This document shows, piece by piece, positions 59,849 through 64,000 of a stretch of DNA of 64,000 nucleotides. The stretch comes from Prevotellaceae bacterium (GTDB taxonomy: Bacteria > Bacteroidota > Bacteroidia > Bacteroidales > Bacteroidaceae): positions 10,499-74,498 of the forward strand of contig JAQXTH010000021.1 in the NCBI GenBank assembly GCA_029219385.1, read 5' to 3'. The notes beneath the pieces were generated by a model, which saw nothing but the letters and a program-made list of their open reading frames with translations, was not told where the DNA came from and did no database searches. A program made the position numbers and the translations under genes. Position 1 is the stretch's first letter. Each line of letters begins with the position of its first letter.

Positions 59849-60412
59849 TTATTTTGCGCGATTTAAATAAGAACCGTCGCGAGTGTCAATCTCAATCAAT
59901 TCACCCTCATTGATGAAAAGCGGCACTCTGATTTCTGCACCGGTCTCAACGGTGGCGGGCTTGGTGGCATTGGTGGCAGTGTTGCCCTTTTCGCCCGGTT
60001 CGGTATAAGTAACCTTGAGAATTGTCTTAACGGGCATTTCCGCATAAAGAATTGTCTCGGTATCGGCATCGCTCACCACGTCTACAATGTCAGACTCTTT
60101 CATATAGTCCACACCGGTAATCATGTCTTTGGCGATCACGACATCGTCCCAAGTCTCTTGGTTGAGGAAATGAAGGTCGCCACCCTCGGCATAACTAAAT
60201 TGGTATGGTCTGCGCTCAACACGCACATCTTCCAAACTTTCACCGATATTAAAACGACGCTCCAACACATTTCCGTTGACAACATCTTTCAATGTGGTGC
60301 GCATAATGGTATTACCCTTTCCCGGCTTAACGTGAAGAAAGTCAATACAGAAATACAATTTGCCATCCATGCGGATGCAAGTACCTTTTTTAATGTCCTG
60401 AGATTTTATCAT
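59849..60412 (-). CDS. efp: Translation elongation factor P
   Basis: 187 aa. Contains FLHVKPGKGNTIMRTTLKDV and the KOW/OB-fold pattern of EF-P. Confidence 0.93.
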   Translation of the reverse strand: MIKSQDIKKGTCIRMDGKLYFCIDFLHVKPGKGNTIMRTTLKDVVNGNVLERRFNIGESLEDVRVERRPYQFSYAEGGDLHFLNQETWDDVVIAKDMITGVDYMKESDIVDVVSDADTETILYAEMPVKTILKVTYTEPGEKGNTATNATKPATVETGAEIRVPLFINEGELIEIDTRDGSYLNRAK

Positions 60413-60462
60413 ACTATCCTGACTGATTGATATTAAAAATTAACTCTTATTCAAAAACGAGT

Positions 60463-60470
60463 GCAAAGTT
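60463..60470 (-). promoter_or_regulatory. Putative -7 box (TAACTTTG on minus strand) for efp
   Basis: Plus strand reads caaagtta, 51 nt upstream of the ATG at 60412. Confidence 0.5.
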
Positions 60471-60587
60471 ATAAAAAAGCATTTAATCTCAATCCATAGC
60501 AAGGCCTAAAATTCATTATGCGCGCGATTTTTTGGCTCTAAAACAATTTTTTAGCCTCATATAAGTTGGTATAATCAAAAATTTGCT

Positions 60588-60595
60588 TAATTTTG
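60588..60595 (+). promoter_or_regulatory. Putative -7 box TAATTTTG upstream of rpmH
   Basis: Exact TAnnTTTG match 45 nt upstream of the ATG at 60640. Confidence 0.5.
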
Positions 60596-60639
60596 CACTC
60601 GCATTTCAAAAGACAACAAAAAAAACAATCAATAAAGTC

Positions 60640-60798
60640 ATGAAAAGAACTTTCCAACCACACAACAGAAAGAGAAACAACAAACACGGTTTCCGTCAGC
60701 GTATGTCAACCAAAAACGGTCGTCGCGTATTGGCTATGCGTCGCGCTAAAGGTCGCAAAAAACTCACCGTATCAGACGAAATTCACGGAAAGAAATAA
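60640..60798 (+). CDS. rpmH: 50S ribosomal protein L34
   Basis: 52 aa: [44 protein letters not shown]... The track ORF is extended 19 codons upstream by a TTG. Confidence 0.93.
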   Translation: MKRTFQPHNRKRNNKHGFRQRMSTKNGRRVLAMRRAKGRKKLTVSDEIHGKK

Positions 60799-60828
60799 TA
60801 TCTTTTCCTCCGTTGACATATCGAAGAA

Positions 60829-60863
60829 GGCACTCCTTAAACAAGGAATGCCCTCTTTTTTTT
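60829..60863 (+). terminator. Rho-independent terminator after rpmH
   Basis: Stem ggcactcctt/aaggaatgcc with one mismatch and loop aaac. Followed by a T8 run (60856-60863). Confidence 0.7.
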
Positions 60864-60987
60864 GTATCTGTTTTTCATATATACTCCAAGACTCCCTCGC
60901 TCTCTCACCCTCAAAGCCCAACGCCACACACACTTTCCCCACTCACTCACTCTCTCACCCACGCTCCAAAAACAGCCCTGAATAAAT

Positions 60988-62106
60988 CTATCTGCAATCT
61001 CCGACCACTTTTATCATTGCACCAAAATGTGTTTTACTATCAATTTTATTCAAAAACATTTCACCACTCTCCAATCTGCCACAACCGTCAAACACACACC
61101 CGCAACCCTCGGCAACAAGTCTCGACAATTCACCCTCTCCTCCCTTGAAAACAATAGAAAACAAACCTTCGCAACCAGGCGACACAAGCTTTGCCAACTC
61201 AAGCGAAAGCAAACCCATAGTGCGCCTCACATTTATTTCAACACAAGGATGCACAAAAATCTCACCATCAACCGCCACCAACATCATGTCGACACCAAGA
61301 TAACCCAAATAGTTGCCCACAAAAACATCGTGCAAAACACCTGTCAACACATCGCGCAAAGCGACCACAAAATTGCGCCCCAAGCACGTCTCCAAACGCT
61401 GCCTCAAAACATTTTGGGGTGCGAGCACATTACCGGCATAAGAAAAATCGACACTCGTTGAAAACAGCGACAAACCCTCATACTCAACAACATCTTGAGT
61501 AACAAGAAATTCCATTGCAAAATCCGACACTTTACTATAAAACGGCTCAACAACCAGTCCGCCCTGTTCTCTTAAAGTCTTTATAGCCCAATCACGCTGT
61601 TTCGACAAAAGTCCCCCCTTTGCCGAAATCAGCCCTCTACCACTTCCCGAATAAGGTTGTTTCAAAACACATTGCCGCCCTTCGACAAGTCTCTCAACAC
61701 TCTCTATATCATCACAATATGCACTCTCGCCCTCGAGTGGCAGAAAGTCACACACTCTCTTTATTCTGTGCAAACAATCTACAGCAATCTTTCGCGAAGA
61801 CAAATTGCGTATTGTATCCAAAATATTGTCATCAGGCAAACCCTCACAGCCCTCCAACCTCATGCGGTTGACCAAACACTTGTCCCAGCCCCAAACAGGC
61901 GCAAAAGGATTGTAGGTCAACTCACCGCGAGGACAGAAAAAACGCCCCAGATCTTCCAAGTCGCGCTCCATTGTCACTACGTTTGCCGGCGGAGTATAAA
62001 AACGCAGGTTGCGACCAAGAGCCAATTCGTGCGAAAAATTCGTATAGACACACTTCATGTCGACAAAGTTAAGGAAAAATAGTGTAGTTTTTTCGATTTC
62101 AACCAT
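60988..62106 (-). CDS. ATP-grasp-like enzyme of unknown substrate (preATP-grasp-like N-terminus plus ATP-grasp core)
   Basis: 372 aa. ATP-grasp-like elements CVLKQPYSGSGRGL (K...GS.GRG), GGLVVEPFY and LGVDMMLVAVDGEIFVHPCVEINVRRT (D...E.N.R metal/ATP site). No neighbouring pathway genes. An alternative start lies at M17. Confidence 0.5.
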   Translation of the reverse strand: MVEIEKTTLFFLNFVDMKCVYTNFSHELALGRNLRFYTPPANVVTMERDLEDLGRFFCPRGELTYNPFAPVWGWDKCLVNRMRLEGCEGLPDDNILDTIRNLSSRKIAVDCLHRIKRVCDFLPLEGESAYCDDIESVERLVEGRQCVLKQPYSGSGRGLISAKGGLLSKQRDWAIKTLREQGGLVVEPFYSKVSDFAMEFLVTQDVVEYEGLSLFSTSVDFSYAGNVLAPQNVLRQRLETCLGRNFVVALRDVLTGVLHDVFVGNYLGYLGVDMMLVAVDGEIFVHPCVEINVRRTMGLLSLELAKLVSPGCEGLFSIVFKGGEGELSRLVAEGCGCVFDGCGRLESGEMFLNKIDSKTHFGAMIKVVGDCR

Positions 62107-62126
62107 GTAGATTGATGATTTTTTAC

Positions 62127-62134
62127 TAATTTTG
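62127..62134 (+). promoter_or_regulatory. Putative -7 box TAATTTTG upstream of the AAA ATPase gene
   Basis: Exact TAnnTTTG match 27 nt upstream of the ATG at 62161. Confidence 0.5.
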
Positions 62135-62160
62135 CTCTCAAATCCAAAAAATTACCTATT

Positions 62161-63345
62161 ATGGAGAATTTCTTTCAACGCCATGCCTATTTGTTAGAGC
62201 ATACAGACTTGTCGATGACACGTCCGTTAATGAACGATATAGATTGGAAATATCGACTGATTGGCATCAAAGGTCCCCGCGGCGTGGGAAAGACAACTTT
62301 CCTCCTCCAATATGCCAAGAAAAACTACAACAACTCTGTGGGCAGATGTTTATATGTAAATATGAACAGTTTTTATTTTCGTGGTCGCGGATTGGTTGAC
62401 TTTGCCCAAGAGTTTGTGAAACGCGGTGGTCGCGTGTTGATTATCGACCAGTTATTTAAGCAAAACGGTTGGCGCGAAGAGCTTTGCGAATGCTACAAAA
62501 CCATGCCGATGCTCCAAATCATTTTTGCCACCACTACGCTCGAAGAACCCGGCAGCGAAAATGATGAACTCTCCACCCTCGCCCATTTCTATGTGTTGCA
62601 TGGTTTTTCTTTTCGCGAATACATTAACCTGCAGGCAAGTCTTGACATTCAGAGATTTTCACTCGACGACATTCTTCATCACACCGAAGAGGTGCAACGC
62701 ACTATTCTCATGAAAGTGAGGCCATGGATTTACCTGCAAAGTTATCTCCACCATGGCTACTATCCCATATACATTGAAAACCACAACTTCACCGAAGCAT
62801 TACTCAAAACTATCAATGCGATGATTGAGGTTGACACATTGTTTACAAAACAAATCGATGTGAAATATGTGGGCAGACTGAAGAAACTACTCTATCTGCT
62901 TGTTACCAACGGGAGCGACTCGCCCAACGTCAGCAACCTCGCAAAAGAAATAAACACTTCGCGCGCCACGGTGATGAACTATATGAACAACCTCGAAGAG
63001 GCACGCCTCATTCATCAAATTTTCAGACAAACCGACACCGGCCCCAAAAAACCCGCGCGCATTCTCACCCACAACACCAACCTGCTCTATGCTATTCTTA
63101 GCGGTGCCCCAAAAGACCAGGAAGTAATGGAGACATTTTTCACCAACAGCGTGTGGCGTCACCACACTGTGGAGACCACGCGCAAATCCAATGTCTATGT
63201 GGTAGACGGCGACAAACAAATATGCGTGTGCGACAAAAACTCAAAAAAGCGCATCAAAGCCGAAAATGTATACTATGCAAGATATAACACGGAGATTTCG
63301 CGCGACGGAGACATTCCTATTTGGATGTTTGGATTTCTCTATTAA
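62161..63345 (+). CDS. AAA-superfamily ATPase (AAA_14/DUF4143-like) with a C-terminal wHTH-like region
   Basis: 394 aa. Walker A GIKGPRGVGKTTFLL. The Walker B-like stretch is RVLIIDQLF. The central segment SNLAKEINTSRATVMNYMNNLEEARLI resembles an HTH. Confidence 0.6.
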   Translation: MENFFQRHAYLLEHTDLSMTRPLMNDIDWKYRLIGIKGPRGVGKTTFLLQYAKKNYNNSVGRCLYVNMNSFYFRGRGLVDFAQEFVKRGGRVLIIDQLFKQNGWREELCECYKTMPMLQIIFATTTLEEPGSENDELSTLAHFYVLHGFSFREYINLQASLDIQRFSLDDILHHTEEVQRTILMKVRPWIYLQSYLHHGYYPIYIENHNFTEALLKTINAMIEVDTLFTKQIDVKYVGRLKKLLYLLVTNGSDSPNVSNLAKEINTSRATVMNYMNNLEEARLIHQIFRQTDTGPKKPARILTHNTNLLYAILSGAPKDQEVMETFFTNSVWRHHTVETTRKSNVYVVDGDKQICVCDKNSKKRIKAENVYYARYNTEISRDGDIPIWMFGFLY

Positions 63346-63362
63346 GAAAAAACAAGTCGTCC

Positions 63363-63429
63363 CTATACCTTTTCATATTATATAGAAAAACATAGGTTAT
63401 TACTATACCTTATTATATATAGAAAAACA
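63363..63429. repeat. Imperfect direct repeat (30 and 27 nt, 40-bp period) upstream of nifJ
   Basis: ctataccttttcatattatatagaaaaaca (63363-63392) and ctataccttattatatatagaaaaaca (63403-63429). Confidence 0.8.
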
Positions 63430-63450
63430 CTAACAAAACCTTTAAAATAA

Positions 63451-64000
<550 letters not shown>

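Noticed and set aside
60880-60960. Possible G-quadruplex on the minus strand (five GGG/GGGG runs).
   Set aside because: Two of the loops are about 17 nt, well outside the canonical spacing of 7 nt or less. It is kept only as a compositional oddity in the findings.
60813-61148. 111-aa plus-strand ORF (MTYRRRHSLNKECPLFF...SPLTHSLTHAP...).
   Set aside because: It starts inside the rpmH terminator, runs through the G-poor low-complexity tract, and overlaps the 3' end of the convergent ATP-grasp gene. It is an artefact of composition.

Overview
The window looks like a largely core chromosomal segment of a Bacteroidales (Bacteroidota) genome. The taxon is inferred, not searched. It rests on many TAnnTTTG -7 promoter boxes just upstream of genes with no Shine-Dalgarno sequences, a Bacteroides-type serine palmitoyltransferase, an HU-HIG protein, a CarboxypepD_reg TonB-dependent receptor and a T9SS C-terminal sorting tail. 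About 55 protein genes and one tRNA-Ser(GGA) are supported. They include: a partial UvrD-like helicase; dxs; trkA-trkH; an ECF sigma/anti-sigma pair; pheS; an MscS-type channel; a GH3 beta-glucosidase; spt and a DAG-kinase-like lipid kinase; lon-tgt-lptF/G; a DEAD-box helicase; a 1191-aa M60-like peptidase; a trmD/TBDR-like/ComEA cluster; ligA; pyrK-pyrD; xth; meaB; two GHL10 (DUF187) paralogues; queH; uvrA; a thiS-E-G-F-H-tenI-like operon; a thyA-folA-menF-D-B-(C/E) block; an rRNA m5C methyltransferase; efp; rpmH; an ATP-grasp orphan; an AAA ATPase; and the 5' end of nifJ. I saw no rRNA, CRISPR array, transposase, integrase or prophage. I did not find an unambiguous novel multi-gene system. 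The best candidates for follow-up are: (i) a phased palindrome/tandem-repeat operator array upstream of an HU-HIG gene in an AT-rich islet; (ii) a translationally coupled trmD / TBDR-like barrel / triple-HhH ComEA cluster; (iii) spt next to an uncharacterised lipid kinase; (iv) a T9SS-targeted M60 peptidase with ricin-like lectin repeats; (v) an in-frame MenC-MenE fusion; (vi) a thi operon with no THI-box and no thiC, abutting a GHL10 gene; (vii) an orphan ATP-grasp enzyme. All functional calls come from motif recognition by eye, with no database searches.
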